A stretch of 32,000 bases of DNA, from contig NC_004459.3 of NCBI RefSeq assembly GCF_000039765.1, positions 1,200,001 through 1,232,000 on the forward strand. Reading direction: 5' to 3'. The notes below the pieces were generated by a model. That model was not told the origin of the DNA. It saw nothing but the letters and a program-made list of their open reading frames with translations, and did no database searches. The position numbers and the translations under genes are program-made. The stretch comes from Vibrio vulnificus CMCP6. GTDB lineage: Bacteria > Pseudomonadota > Gammaproteobacteria > Enterobacterales > Vibrionaceae. Shown piece after piece: positions 8,671 to 18,460 of the stretch; the stretch's first letter is position 1, and each line of letters begins with the position of its first letter.

Positions 8671-10311
8671 TTACACCTTGAACGCAGCAAAGTTGACTTG
8701 CAATTGGTTACCGCTAGCCATCAACTGCTCGCTCGCTGCAGCGACTTGATTGGCTTGTGCTGCCGTTTGTTCACTGTGATCGACAATTTGCAGCAGATTG
8801 TGGTTAATGAGCTCAGTGGCCGATGTTTGCTCTCCGCTGGCAAGAGCAATGTGCTGGTTGAGCTGCAGAATCACAGCAATTTGCGCATCGATATCACTTA
8901 GGGCTTGCTGTGCCAAGCTGGCTTGTTGTTGGGTTTCGGTGGATTGACGCTGTGTTTGTTCCATCGATAAACAGACATCGTTGGCGCGTTGTTGCAACTG
9001 CGCGATGATGTGTTGAATTTCATCGGTACTGCTGCTGGTGCGCGTAGCCAATGTGCGTACTTCGTCAGCGACCACTGCAAAGCCACGGCCTTGCTCACCC
9101 GCTCGGGCGGCTTCTATTGCAGCGTTGAGCGCAAGTAAATTGGTTTGCTCGGCCACACCCCGGATAACTTCCAACACTGAGCCTACTTTTTGGGTTTCTT
9201 TGGCTAGCTCTTGCACATTGAGCTCTGTTTGGGTCACGGTGTGTGACAAGGCATGCATGTAGCCAGAGGCTTTTTCAATGATGGCACTGCCTTCTTTGCC
9301 TTTCTCTGCGGCAGTCTGCGCTGCACTGGCTGCCTCTTGAGCCGAATCGGCCACTTGCATATTGCTGTCGTGCAGTTGCTTCATGGCACTGGCAACGGAA
9401 TCGACCGAGTGCTGCTGGGCGGTGGCTTTTTCGAGTGCATTTCTTGCCACTTGGGTCAGCTCAGAGGCAGAGCCGGTGACATCACGTGTGACAGGGGCAA
9501 TGCCTTGTACGATGAGGCGGATCTTGCTGGTGAATTGGTTAAACGCACGGGCGATTTGTGCTAACTCATCTTGGCCGTCGGCAGGCAGTTGCTTGGTCAG
9601 GTCGCCATCTCCTTGTGCAATATCCTCTAAAGCGCGCTGCGTCGCTCTACAAGGCTGGGTAATGCTGTTGCCTATCCAGCCAGCCAGTAACAACATCACT
9701 GCGCCTGTAAGGCTCAACTGGAGAAGGGAGGCGCGAATACGCTGCCACACCAGCGCTTCGACATCATCGATATAAACGCCACTGCCGGTAATCCAACCCC
9801 ACGGCTGGAACATTTGCACATAAGAGACTTTTTCCACATCGACGTCTGAACCCGGCTTTGGCCACATGTAATGGACAAAGCCAGCCCCGGATGTTTTTGC
9901 CACCGAAACCATTTCAACAAACAGCGCCTTGCCAGTCGGATCTTTCACTGCGCTTAAACTCTTGCCGTTCAGTTGCGGTTTCATCGGGTGCATGATCATA
10001 TTGGGCTGATCATCGTTAATCCAAAAGTAATCTTCTTTTTCATAGCGCAGCTGGCTAATGGCCGCCTTGGCTTGCGTTTGCGCCTCTTCGCGAGACAAGC
10101 GCCCGGCTTGTTCTTGCTGATAATAGTGCTGCTGCAAACTCACGGCCGCTTCGACCAAGTGGCGTGTTTTGACCTGCTTGGCTTCCATCAAATCACTTTG
10201 ATAGGCGTAGAGCAGAGCGATAAATGGAAGCAGCAATAGTGATGTAATCACGAAGGTGAGTACATAAAGTCGCTGTTTGATGTTAATGACGCGCAAGCTA
10301 GAACCGACCAT
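8671..10311 (-). CDS. methyl-accepting chemotaxis protein with a periplasmic single-Cache (sCache_2-like) sensor domain
   Basis: Domain order is TM1, a ~150-aa periplasmic domain ([21 protein letters not shown]...[13 protein letters not shown]...[13 protein letters not shown], a Cache pattern), TM2, HAMP, then the MCP signalling domain ([31 protein letters not shown]). The ATG at 10311 has AAGGAG 8 nt upstream. The ORF-track GTG at 10320 overlaps that SD. Confidence 0.9.
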   Translation of the reverse strand: MVGSSLRVINIKQRLYVLTFVITSLLLLPFIALLYAYQSDLMEAKQVKTRHLVEAAVSLQQHYYQQEQAGRLSREEAQTQAKAAISQLRYEKEDYFWINDDQPNMIMHPMKPQLNGKSLSAVKDPTGKALFVEMVSVAKTSGAGFVHYMWPKPGSDVDVEKVSYVQMFQPWGWITGSGVYIDDVEALVWQRIRASLLQLSLTGAVMLLLAGWIGNSITQPCRATQRALEDIAQGDGDLTKQLPADGQDELAQIARAFNQFTSKIRLIVQGIAPVTRDVTGSASELTQVARNALEKATAQQHSVDSVASAMKQLHDSNMQVADSAQEAASAAQTAAEKGKEGSAIIEKASGYMHALSHTVTQTELNVQELAKETQKVGSVLEVIRGVAEQTNLLALNAAIEAARAGEQGRGFAVVADEVRTLATRTSSSTDEIQHIIAQLQQRANDVCLSMEQTQRQSTETQQQASLAQQALSDIDAQIAVILQLNQHIALASGEQTSATELINHNLLQIVDHSEQTAAQANQVAAASEQLMASGNQLQVNFAAFKV

Positions 10312-10500
10312 ACCAATCACTCCTTGAAGGGTTGGGAAACATTTGTTGATTGTTATTGTTTTTTCAATGTAACAAATTGATAACAGCTTCGTATATGCGA
10401 CGAAAGGCGAGATTTGAAAGTGATGACGGTTTTAAAGCAAAGGTTGGGTAGCGTTACAGGAGAAATGTGCTACTGCGTAGAAAAGAGGGCATAAGAATCG

Positions 10501-10541
10501 ATAAAAGAAAACCGCCCGCGGGAAACTCCAGCGGGCGGTTT
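10501..10541 (-). terminator. rho-independent terminator of dusB-fis
   Basis: On the minus strand: AACCGCCCGC-(11 nt)-GCGGGCGGTT followed by TTCTTTT. It lies 25 nt past the fis stop. Confidence 0.85.
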
Positions 10542-10565
10542 GAAAGCGATCAAACTAATCAGGGA

Positions 10566-10862
10566 TTAGTTCATGCCGTATTTTTTCAGTTTCTTACGAA
10601 GAGTACCGCGGTTGATGCCCATCATGGTTGCTGCGCGAGTTTGGTTACCGCGAGTGTACTGCATGATGGTATCTAGTAGTGGCTGTTCAACTTCAGCTAG
10701 AACTAATTCATAAAGTTCAGTGACTTCTTGACCGTTTAGTTGAGCCAAGTAGTTTTTAAGAGACGCTTTAACAGAATCACGTAGTGGCTTTTGCGTGATC
10801 TGATCTTGTGATGTTACGGTAGTTACTGTTAAAGCTTCTGAAGTCAGATTTTGTTCGAACAT
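10566..10862 (-). CDS. fis: nucleoid-associated protein / global regulator Fis
   Basis: 98 aa. ...[42 protein letters not shown] matches my recollection of the enterobacterial/vibrio Fis C-terminus essentially exactly. Confidence 0.97.
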   Translation of the reverse strand: MFEQNLTSEALTVTTVTSQDQITQKPLRDSVKASLKNYLAQLNGQEVTELYELVLAEVEQPLLDTIMQYTRGNQTRAATMMGINRGTLRKKLKKYGMN

Positions 10863-10885
10863 ATTCGGTCTAGCTCTTCTCTTAA

Positions 10886-11854
10886 TTATGATGCAACGTT
10901 ATCAAAATAACCTTCGAGCGCTTCAAGTTGCAGCATAGCTGCGTCGATAGCGTTGAAGGTACGGCGAAACTCACTCGCTTGCTCATGTTCTTTTAGATAC
11001 CAACCCACGTGCTTACGCGCGATGCGAGGGCCTAAATACTCACCATAAAACTCATGGAGAGCCTGAACATGACCGAGCATAATGCTTTTTACTTCCTCAA
11101 TCGGAAGTTCAGGCATTGTGGTGCCGTTTTCCAAATAGTGATGGATTTCCTGGAAAATCCAAGGACGACCCTGGGCAGGGCGTCCAATCATTAAAGCGTC
11201 TGCGCCGGTGTACTCCAGTACATACTTGGCTTTTTCCGGGCTATCGATATCACCGTTTGCGATAACCGGAATGGAAACTGCCTGTTTAACGGCTTTAATG
11301 CTGTCGTATTCGGCCTCACCTTTGTACATACAGGCTTTGGTTCTGCCATGCAGAGCAAGAGCTTGTATGCCGCAGTCTTCGGCTAATTTAGCGATGTGAA
11401 TACAGTTTTTGTTTTCTGTATCCCAGCCAGTGCGGGTTTTCAACGTTACAGGAACGTCCACTGCGTCAACCACCGCTTTCAAAATCTGTTCGATAATGTC
11501 CGGGTATTTGAGCAGCGCGGAACCCGCCAGCTTTTTATTCACTTTTTTTGCTGGGCAACCCATGTTGATATCGATGATTTGCGCACCATTTTCAACACTG
11601 AATTGCGCAGCATCTGCCATCAGCTGTGGATCGCTGCCCGCGATTTGTACAGAGCGAATGCCCGATTCGCCTTCATGCACCATGCGTTGCTTCGACTTCG
11701 ACGTTTTCCATAGCTGCGGATTAGAGGACATCATTTCACTGACGGCCATTCCCGCACCATAACGAAGGCACAACTCTCGAAACGGTCTATCCGTTACTCC
11801 GGCCATCGGCGCTACGATTAGTTTGTTCTTAAGTTGATAATTTCCGATCTTCAA
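10886..11854 (-). CDS. dusB: tRNA-dihydrouridine synthase B
   Basis: 322 aa. [29 protein letters not shown]...[11 protein letters not shown] parallels E. coli DusB, and the gene sits 23 nt upstream of fis as in the conserved operon. Confidence 0.95.
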   Translation of the reverse strand: MKIGNYQLKNKLIVAPMAGVTDRPFRELCLRYGAGMAVSEMMSSNPQLWKTSKSKQRMVHEGESGIRSVQIAGSDPQLMADAAQFSVENGAQIIDINMGCPAKKVNKKLAGSALLKYPDIIEQILKAVVDAVDVPVTLKTRTGWDTENKNCIHIAKLAEDCGIQALALHGRTKACMYKGEAEYDSIKAVKQAVSIPVIANGDIDSPEKAKYVLEYTGADALMIGRPAQGRPWIFQEIHHYLENGTTMPELPIEEVKSIMLGHVQALHEFYGEYLGPRIARKHVGWYLKEHEQASEFRRTFNAIDAAMLQLEALEGYFDNVAS

Positions 11855-11881
11855 AACGTCGTCACAGCTTCATACCAGCAA

Positions 11882-11918
11882 GGGCGCGCATTTTACGCAT
11901 TTTTTTTCTGCGTGAAAA
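11882..11918 (-). promoter_or_regulatory. candidate sigma70 promoter of dusB-fis with a GC-rich discriminator
   Basis: On the minus strand: TTTTCA (11918-11913), a 17-nt spacer, TAAAAT (11895-11890), then GCGCGCCC. The E. coli fis promoter is known for a GC-rich discriminator under stringent and growth-rate control. Confidence 0.4.
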
Positions 11919-11993
11919 GACTAATATTTGAGCATTGACAAATTGTTTTTGCAATTTGTATGAATTTCAAACAATTACCCCTGAAAGTCTTGT

Positions 11994-12881
11994 CTAGCCT
12001 TGCTTGCGACCAGAGATGCGACACCATTCACTTTGCTCAACGATTGGATCAATGTGAAGCTCATCACGGTAATAGTTGGCCACATCTTCTGCTTGGGTAT
12101 CCAATACGCCCGACATCGCTAATTGGCCATTTGGTTTGACAAGCCCCTTGATGATCGAAGAAAGCTCACGCAGTGGTGCCGCCAAAATGTTTGCGACAAC
12201 AACGTCAGCAAGCAGACCTTCCGGTTGATCTTGAGGCAGATAAACATCCAGTTGATCGGCAACGCCATTACGTTGGGCGTTGTCTTTCGAAGCGAGAAGT
12301 GCTTGAGGATCAATGTCGATCCCGATGACTTTTTCTGCACCCAGTTTGATCGCTGCGATCGCCAAGATGCCAGAGCCACAACCAAAATCGATAACGGTTT
12401 TACCCGAAAGATCAAGGCTCTCTAGCCATTCAAGACACAGTGCTGTGGTTGGGTGAGTACCCGTACCAAACGCAAGGCCAGGATCCAGCATCACGTTCAC
12501 TGCGGTGGGATCGGGAATGTCACGCCAGCTTGGGCAGATCCACAAACGCTGACCAAATTTCATTGGGTGGAAGTTGTCCATCCACTCGCGTTCCCAATCT
12601 TTATCTTCTAGCTGCTCAATTTTGTAAGCAAAGCCTTCAGCCAGCATGTTGCTTGCTTTGATTTGCGACATGATGAGCTGAGTGTCCGCCTCTGCGTCGT
12701 ACAGTGCCAGGACATCCGTATCACCCCAAAGACGCGTTTCACCAGGCAGTGGCTCGAAGACAGGGGTATCGTGCGCATCTAGGAAAGTCACCGATAGCGC
12801 GCCAGTCTCTTCCATAAGCATATCGCCGATAAGCTCAGCGTTTTCGTTGGTCGCATTGAGTTTGATTTGAATCCAAGGCAT
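11994..12881 (-). CDS. prmA: ribosomal protein L11 methyltransferase
   Basis: 295 aa. It has the PrmA N-terminus [11 protein letters not shown] and the SAM-binding motif [15 protein letters not shown]. Confidence 0.95.
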   Translation of the reverse strand: MPWIQIKLNATNENAELIGDMLMEETGALSVTFLDAHDTPVFEPLPGETRLWGDTDVLALYDAEADTQLIMSQIKASNMLAEGFAYKIEQLEDKDWEREWMDNFHPMKFGQRLWICPSWRDIPDPTAVNVMLDPGLAFGTGTHPTTALCLEWLESLDLSGKTVIDFGCGSGILAIAAIKLGAEKVIGIDIDPQALLASKDNAQRNGVADQLDVYLPQDQPEGLLADVVVANILAAPLRELSSIIKGLVKPNGQLAMSGVLDTQAEDVANYYRDELHIDPIVEQSEWCRISGRKQG

Positions 12882-12954
12882 GAGTGCATACTCTTAATGT
12901 TTAAATTTGGCGCAGAGTTTAGCAGACTTTCCCTGCAAACGAAAAAATCCGCTC

Positions 12955-12982
12955 AATGAAAAATGCCCACCGAAGTGGGCAT
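12955..12982 (-). terminator. rho-independent terminator of accBC
   Basis: On the minus strand: ATGCCCAC-TTCG-GTGGGCAT followed by TTTTC. It lies 20 nt past the accC stop. Confidence 0.8.
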
Positions 12983-13001
12983 GGTAACCAGTGCGCTGCG
13001 C

Positions 13002-14348
13002 TTAGTGCTGAAGGCCGAGTTTTTTCTCTAGGTAGTGGATGTTGGCACCACCGTGCTGGAAGTTTTCATCGTTCATGATGCTCACTTGCAGCGGAATGTT
13101 GGTCTTGATGCCTTCAATGAACATCTCACCCAGGGCGTTCTTCATACGTGCAATCGCAACGTCACGGTTTTCACCGTAAGTGATCAGCTTACCGATCATT
13201 GAGTCGTAGTGCGGTGGCACGGTGTAGCCGCTGTAGATGTGCGATTCCCAACGAACACCCATACCGCCTGGTGCGTGGAAGCGTTCAATCTTACCTGGAG
13301 ACGGTAGGAAGCGTTCTGGGTCTTCCGCGTTGATACGACATTCAATCGCATGGCCACGGATCTTAATGTCGTTCTGCGTGAATGACAGAGGCTGACCCGC
13401 CGCAACGCGCAGCTGTTCTTTGATCAGGTCAACACCAGTCACCATTTCAGTCACTGGGTGCTCAACCTGAATACGGGTGTTCATTTCAATGAAGTAGAAC
13501 TCACCGTTTTCGTAGAGGAATTCGAATGTACCTGCACCGCGGTAACCGATCTCTAGACATGCACGAGTACAACGTTCGCCGATGTACTTACGCATCTCTT
13601 CAGTAATACCTGGAGCTGGTGCTTCTTCAACAACCTTTTGGTGACGACGCTGCATTGAACAATCACGCTCACCTAGGTGGATAGCGCCGCCTTGGCCATC
13701 TGCAATCACTTGAACTTCAACGTGACGTGGGTTTTCTAGGAATTTCTCCATGTAAACCATGTCGTTGTTGAATGCTGCTTTTGCTTCTGCACGCGTCATG
13801 GCAATTGCTTGAACGAGGTCTGCTTCTTTACGAACCACACGCATACCACGACCACCACCGCCACCAGAGGCTTTGATGATCACTGGGTAACCAATACGTT
13901 TCGCGTGTGCTCGGTTTTTCACTTCGTCGTTATCAAGTGGACCATCAGAACCAGGTACACATGGAACGCCCGCTTTTTTCATTGCAGTGATAGCCGATAC
14001 TTTGTCACCCATCATGCGGATGGTGTCCGCTTTTGGACCCACAAAGATGAACCCGCTACGTTCTACTTGTTCAGCAAAGTCTGCGTTTTCAGACAAGAAA
14101 CCGTAACCTGGGTGGATCGCCACCGCGCCAGTCACTTCTGCTGCTGAAATAATGCGAGGAATGTTCAGATAGCTGTCGATACCACGAGCAGGACCGATAC
14201 ACACAGTTTCATCTGCCAGCAGTACGTGTTTTAGATCGCGATCGGCGGTGGAGTGCACGGCAACGGTTTTGATGCCGAGTTCTTTACACGCGCGAAGGAT
14301 ACGAAGTGCGATTTCACCTCGGTTCGCGATGACTACTTTATCTAGCAT
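13002..14348 (-). CDS. accC: acetyl-CoA carboxylase, biotin carboxylase subunit
   Basis: 448 aa, near-colinear with E. coli AccC as I recall it ([33 protein letters not shown]...[12 protein letters not shown]). Confidence 0.97.
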   Translation of the reverse strand: MLDKVVIANRGEIALRILRACKELGIKTVAVHSTADRDLKHVLLADETVCIGPARGIDSYLNIPRIISAAEVTGAVAIHPGYGFLSENADFAEQVERSGFIFVGPKADTIRMMGDKVSAITAMKKAGVPCVPGSDGPLDNDEVKNRAHAKRIGYPVIIKASGGGGGRGMRVVRKEADLVQAIAMTRAEAKAAFNNDMVYMEKFLENPRHVEVQVIADGQGGAIHLGERDCSMQRRHQKVVEEAPAPGITEEMRKYIGERCTRACLEIGYRGAGTFEFLYENGEFYFIEMNTRIQVEHPVTEMVTGVDLIKEQLRVAAGQPLSFTQNDIKIRGHAIECRINAEDPERFLPSPGKIERFHAPGGMGVRWESHIYSGYTVPPHYDSMIGKLITYGENRDVAIARMKNALGEMFIEGIKTNIPLQVSIMNDENFQHGGANIHYLEKKLGLQH

Positions 14349-14360
14349 AGCGAACTCCGC

Positions 14361-14825
14361 TTATTCGATAACTACAAGTGGTTGGTCAAACTCAACAGGC
14401 TGGCCGTCTTCAACAAGGATTGCTGTTACCACGCCAGATTTGTCGGCTTCGATTTGGTTCATCATCTTCATCGCTTCAACGATGCACAGTGTTTGACCTG
14501 CAGTCACAGATTGGCCCACTTCGATGAATGCTTTCGCATCTGGACTTGGAGAGCGGTAGAAAGTACCGACCATTGGAGAAAGAACTTGGTGGCCTGCAGG
14601 TACTGCCGCCGCAGCTGGCGCTGCTTCTGCGGTTGCGACAGGTGCTGCTGCAACTGGCGCAGGTTGCGCGACAGGTGCCGCAGCGTAGTGCATTGGAGCA
14701 GGCGCTGCCATCATTTGACCGTGACGACTGATGCGTACCGACTCTTCGCCTTCAGAGATTTCTAGCTCAGCAATGCCAGATTCTTCAACTAGTTCGATAA
14801 GCTTTTTGATTTTACGAATATCCAT
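14361..14825 (-). CDS. accB: acetyl-CoA carboxylase, biotin carboxyl carrier protein
   Basis: 154 aa. It has an Ala/Pro-rich linker and the biotinylation motif [13 protein letters not shown]. The gene lies 12 nt upstream of accC. Confidence 0.95.
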   Translation of the reverse strand: MDIRKIKKLIELVEESGIAELEISEGEESVRISRHGQMMAAPAPMHYAAAPVAQPAPVAAAPVATAEAAPAAAAVPAGHQVLSPMVGTFYRSPSPDAKAFIEVGQSVTAGQTLCIVEAMKMMNQIEADKSGVVTAILVEDGQPVEFDQPLVVIE

Positions 14826-14885
14826 CTTTTCTTTCTCTTTTATCTTGTGAGTAAGACAACCCTAAAGGGTTGCAGAGTGTTGGGT

Positions 14886-15335
14886 TTACTTTGCCTGCAG
14901 ACGAGCAATGGCTGCCGACAGAGCGAATTCATAGCCTTGCGCCCCTAAGCCACAAATCACGCCGAGCGCTTTGTCCGACAGATAAGAGTGATGTCGGAAC
15001 GGCTCACGAGCGTGTACGTTGGAGAGGTGCACTTCAATAAAAGGGATGGCAACACCCAGTAGCGCATCACGTAGCGCAACACTGGTGTGAGTAAAAGCCG
15101 CCGGATTGATGATGATGAAGTCGACGTTGCCGTGTGCGGCATGGATGGCTTCAATCAATTCATACTCACGATTCGATTGCAGGTGTTCGAGCTCGATGCC
15201 TGCAGTTTGCGCCTGTTGTGTCAGCGTATCGACGATTTGCGGCAAAGTTTGGTGACCGTAATGACCCGGCTCACGCAAACCCAGCAGGTTAATATTTGGA
15301 CCGTTCAGGACCAGAATTCGTGATTTTGCAGACAT
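14886..15335 (-). CDS. aroQ: type II 3-dehydroquinate dehydratase
   Basis: The 149-aa product from the ATG at 15335 ([27 protein letters not shown]) has the AroQ N-terminus, with AAGGAAG upstream. The ORF-track start at 15434 adds 33 residues not found in AroQ. Confidence 0.93.
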
Positions 15336-15575
15336 GTTGACGCTATCTTCCTTTAACGTGAGTGGAACCAGCATATTCCCAAAAATACGAGAAATCGGCA
15401 CGAGATTTTTGTAAAAAACGCGCAAATTTTTCAAAATCGACCAAGATTATAGCCAATTCATTACAATTAGCAGCAATTTACTGGTCTAATCTCCCTGTTT
15501 GCCGTGGATTTTCTGTAACCAGCTTAACAAAAAACAAGATTAACCTTTCTTACAGTATGGGTAATGATAACGGCA

Positions 15576-15608
15576 AACAAAAAAGCCACTCTTATGTAGA
15601 GTGGCTTT
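15576..15608 (-). terminator. rho-independent terminator of acs
   Basis: On the minus strand: AAGCCACTCT-acata-AGAGTGGCTT followed by TTTTGTTTG. Confidence 0.85.
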
Positions 15609-15631
15609 GAGGGTGTTTTGTTTAAAACGGA

Positions 15632-17584
15632 TTAAACCAGTTCGGCTTTTTCTGCGATCAGCTTATCAACTACGCTTGGGTCGGCCAGTGTTGAGGTGTC
15701 ACCCAAGTTGCTGGTGTCTCCCGTGGCGATCTTGCGCAAAATGCGGCGCATGATTTTACCTGAACGAGTTTTCGGTAGTGCATCTGTCCAATGCAGTACG
15801 TCTGGTGTTGCGATGGGGCCAATCTCTTTACGTACCCAATCTTTCACTTCTTTATGCAGCTCTGCGGTTGGATACTCGCCCGCATTGAGGGTGACGTAGG
15901 CGTAAATTGCTTGGCCTTTGATGTCGTGTGGAATGCCAACAATCGCCGCTTCAGCAATTTTCGGGTGTGCCACTAGGGCGGATTCAATTTCCGCTGTACC
16001 CATACGGTGGCCAGAAACGTTTAATACGTCATCCACACGGCCTGTGATCCAGTAGTAACCATCTTCATCGCGGCGCGCACCATCTCCGGTAAAGTACATG
16101 CCTTTAAAGGTTGAGAAGTAGGTTTGTTCGAAACGTTCATGGTCACCATAAACCGTGCGCATTTGACCTGGCCAAGAATCGAGGATAACGAGGTTACCTT
16201 CTGCGGCTTGGTCTTCGATCACATTACCCATGTTGTCCACCAGTGCAGGCTGAACACCAAAGAATGGGCGCGTTGCAGAACCCGGTTTCAGCGCGGTGGC
16301 GCCTGGCAGTGGTGTGATCAAAATGCCGCCAGTTTCGGTTTGCCACCAAGTATCGACAATCGGTGATTTCTCGTTGCCGATGGTTTTGTAGTACCACTCC
16401 CACGCCTCTGGGTTAATAGGTTCACCCACAGAGCCCATGATGCGTAGGCTGCTACGATCTGTACCTTCGATCGCTTCGTTGCCTTTTGCCATCAGCGCAC
16501 GAATGGCCGTTGGTGCGGTGTAAAGAATGTTGACTTGGTGCTTATCGACCACTTCACTCATGCGGCTGGTGTTTGGATAGTTTGGCACGCCTTCAAAGAG
16601 AATGGTTTTCGCGCCGTTTGCCAGTGGACCGTAAACCAGATACGTGTGGCCAGTGATCCAACCCACGTCGGCCGTACACCAGAAAGTTTCGCCTGGCTGG
16701 TAGTCAAACACGTACTTAAAGGTCATGGTCGCGTAGACCAGATAGCCGCCCGTGGTGTGCAGCACGCCTTTCGGTTTGCCGGTTGAGCCTGACGTGTAGA
16801 GGATGAACAGCGGATCTTCAGCTTTCATCTCTTCTGGTGGGCAAACGTCAGAGACTTTTGCTGTCGCTTCGTGCCACCAAACATCACGATGTTCGTGCCA
16901 ATCAATGTTGCCGCCAGTGCGCTTGAACACCACCACTTTGCTGATGGTTTTCACTTCTGGGTTGGTTAGTGCTTCGTCCACATTCTTTTTCAGTGGCACC
17001 GCGCGACCACCACGAACGCCTTCGTCGGCCGTGATGACGACTTTGGCATCGGAGTCGATGATGCGGCCAGCCAGTGCTTCTGGTGAAAAACCACCAAAGA
17101 CGATGGTGTGCACCGCACCAATACGGGTACAGGCCAACATCGCAACCGCTGCTTCAGGGACCATTGGCATGTAGAGACACACCACGTCGCCCTTGCGTAC
17201 GCCTTGCTCTTTGAGTGCATTCGAAAAACGACACACTTCGGTATAGAGTTCGTTGTAAGTCAGAGTTTTGTCGTCCTCTGGGTTGTCGCCTTCCCAAATG
17301 ATGGCGACATCATCGCCGCGCTCTGCTAGATGGCGGTCAATACAGTTTGCTGAGACATTGAGCGTGCCATCTTCAAACCAGCGAATATCAACGTGGCCAG
17401 TATCAAAAGACGTTTGTTTGACTTTGGTGAAGGGCTTAATCCAGTCAACAATTTTGCCGTGTTCACTCCAGAAACGTTCTGGGTCAGTGACGGACTGCTG
17501 GTACATGGCTAGGTAGGTATCATTATCCGCATGGGTATGGGCTTTGATGTTCTCTTTTACCGGATAAATGTGGGCTTCACTCAT
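15632..17584 (-). CDS. acs: acetyl-CoA synthetase (AMP-forming)
   Basis: 650 aa. It shows the Acs hallmarks MSEAHIYPV..., the AMP-binding motif [11 protein letters not shown], and the C-terminal [17 protein letters not shown] with the acetylatable Lys context. AAGGAG lies 8 nt upstream of the ATG. Confidence 0.97.
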   Translation of the reverse strand: MSEAHIYPVKENIKAHTHADNDTYLAMYQQSVTDPERFWSEHGKIVDWIKPFTKVKQTSFDTGHVDIRWFEDGTLNVSANCIDRHLAERGDDVAIIWEGDNPEDDKTLTYNELYTEVCRFSNALKEQGVRKGDVVCLYMPMVPEAAVAMLACTRIGAVHTIVFGGFSPEALAGRIIDSDAKVVITADEGVRGGRAVPLKKNVDEALTNPEVKTISKVVVFKRTGGNIDWHEHRDVWWHEATAKVSDVCPPEEMKAEDPLFILYTSGSTGKPKGVLHTTGGYLVYATMTFKYVFDYQPGETFWCTADVGWITGHTYLVYGPLANGAKTILFEGVPNYPNTSRMSEVVDKHQVNILYTAPTAIRALMAKGNEAIEGTDRSSLRIMGSVGEPINPEAWEWYYKTIGNEKSPIVDTWWQTETGGILITPLPGATALKPGSATRPFFGVQPALVDNMGNVIEDQAAEGNLVILDSWPGQMRTVYGDHERFEQTYFSTFKGMYFTGDGARRDEDGYYWITGRVDDVLNVSGHRMGTAEIESALVAHPKIAEAAIVGIPHDIKGQAIYAYVTLNAGEYPTAELHKEVKDWVRKEIGPIATPDVLHWTDALPKTRSGKIMRRILRKIATGDTSNLGDTSTLADPSVVDKLIAEKAELV

Positions 17585-17670
17585 TGTCTTTCTCCTTGTG
17601 CCTTTGTCTTCGCGATGCGGTTTTATGATGTTTTAAACACGCCTCAATCACGAAAGGGGGAATCCGTATG

Positions 17671-17695
17671 CCTCTAACTGTCAATCAGTTGGAGG
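17671..17695. promoter_or_regulatory. 25-bp near-perfect palindrome in the acs upstream region (candidate operator or activator site)
   Basis: CCTCTAACTG-TCAAT-CAGTTGGAGG, with 9 of 10 arm positions complementary. Its centre is about 99 bp upstream of the acs ATG. Confidence 0.45.
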
Positions 17696-17758
17696 CTTTC
17701 GACAATTAGACTTTAGGATATAGCGAGTGCTGATGGGGTGTTTTTTCTCCGACCACGA

Positions 17759-18394
17759 TCACGAAGAAGCATAGGGCAATGACAGGCTCGGCAAATCGCC
17801 ACGAGTGAGTCGCACAAACACCAAAGCCGCGGCAATGGCATCTTGCAGCGCATCGTGTTTGTCTTGGATGGGCAAGTCGAGATGGCGACAAATGGCGTCC
17901 AAACTCAAATCGAAATAGGCGTTGGGTAGATGTTTTTCCAGCTTGTCATGGTAGATCTGGCTGACTTCCACCAGTGGATTGGCCAAGGGAAAACCGAGGT
18001 GGCGTAAGCAGGCTAAATCGAGGATCTTCTTATCGTAGCGGATGTGGTAGCCCACCAAGGGGCGATTACCGATGAAATCAATCAGTTTGAGCAGTGCTTC
18101 TTTCTCGCTCAACCCATCGACCAAGTCTTGGTGGCGGATCTTGTGAATTTTCACTGAACCAGAATCGAGAGACTGTGGCGCACGCAAACGCACCTCGAAC
18201 GGTTTACTGGTGATGATGCGATTGTCGATGATCTTGGTCGCGGCAATGGTGACGAGTTCTGCGCGGTTGGGGTCAAGGCTGGTGGTTTCACAGTCGAGAG
18301 AGACATACTCTTTATTGTTTGGCGCACAAAACAGCGACTGATAGGGCGAGCCTTTCAATCGGTAGTACCAGTAGTTGCGCCGAAACCAGTTCAT
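17759..18394 (-). CDS. DEDDh-type 3'-5' exonuclease (DnaQ/epsilon-like domain protein)
   Basis: 211 aa. Exo I is VSLDCETTSLD, Exo II is LVGYHIRYDKKIL, and Exo III is KHDALQDAIAAA (H-x4-D). The gene lies 66 nt downstream of the nucleotidyltransferase gene on the same strand. Confidence 0.8.
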   Translation of the reverse strand: MNWFRRNYWYYRLKGSPYQSLFCAPNNKEYVSLDCETTSLDPNRAELVTIAATKIIDNRIITSKPFEVRLRAPQSLDSGSVKIHKIRHQDLVDGLSEKEALLKLIDFIGNRPLVGYHIRYDKKILDLACLRHLGFPLANPLVEVSQIYHDKLEKHLPNAYFDLSLDAICRHLDLPIQDKHDALQDAIAAALVFVRLTRGDLPSLSLPYASS

Positions 18395-18460
18395 AGAGAT
18401 TCCTATTTCATTAAGACCTTAGCCGTATAGCCTTTGGTCGTGATGGTCAATTGAGCCAAG

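Noticed and set aside
14857-14872. Hairpin CAACCC-tttа-like loop-GGGTTG between the aroQ stop and the accB start.
   Set aside because: The stem is 6 bp with no convincing T-tract, so I cannot tell a weak terminator from chance.
15362-15610. 82-aa plus-strand ORF in the aroQ-acs intergenic region.
   Set aside because: It has a GTG start with no RBS, its sequence is low-complexity, and it runs into the acs terminator. The region is better explained as the aroQ promoter plus the acs 3' end.
17679-17684. A perfect -35 hexamer TTGACA (minus strand) inside the spacer of the acs palindrome.
   Set aside because: The sequence 17 nt downstream is TCCCCC, so there is no usable -10. It was not called as a promoter.
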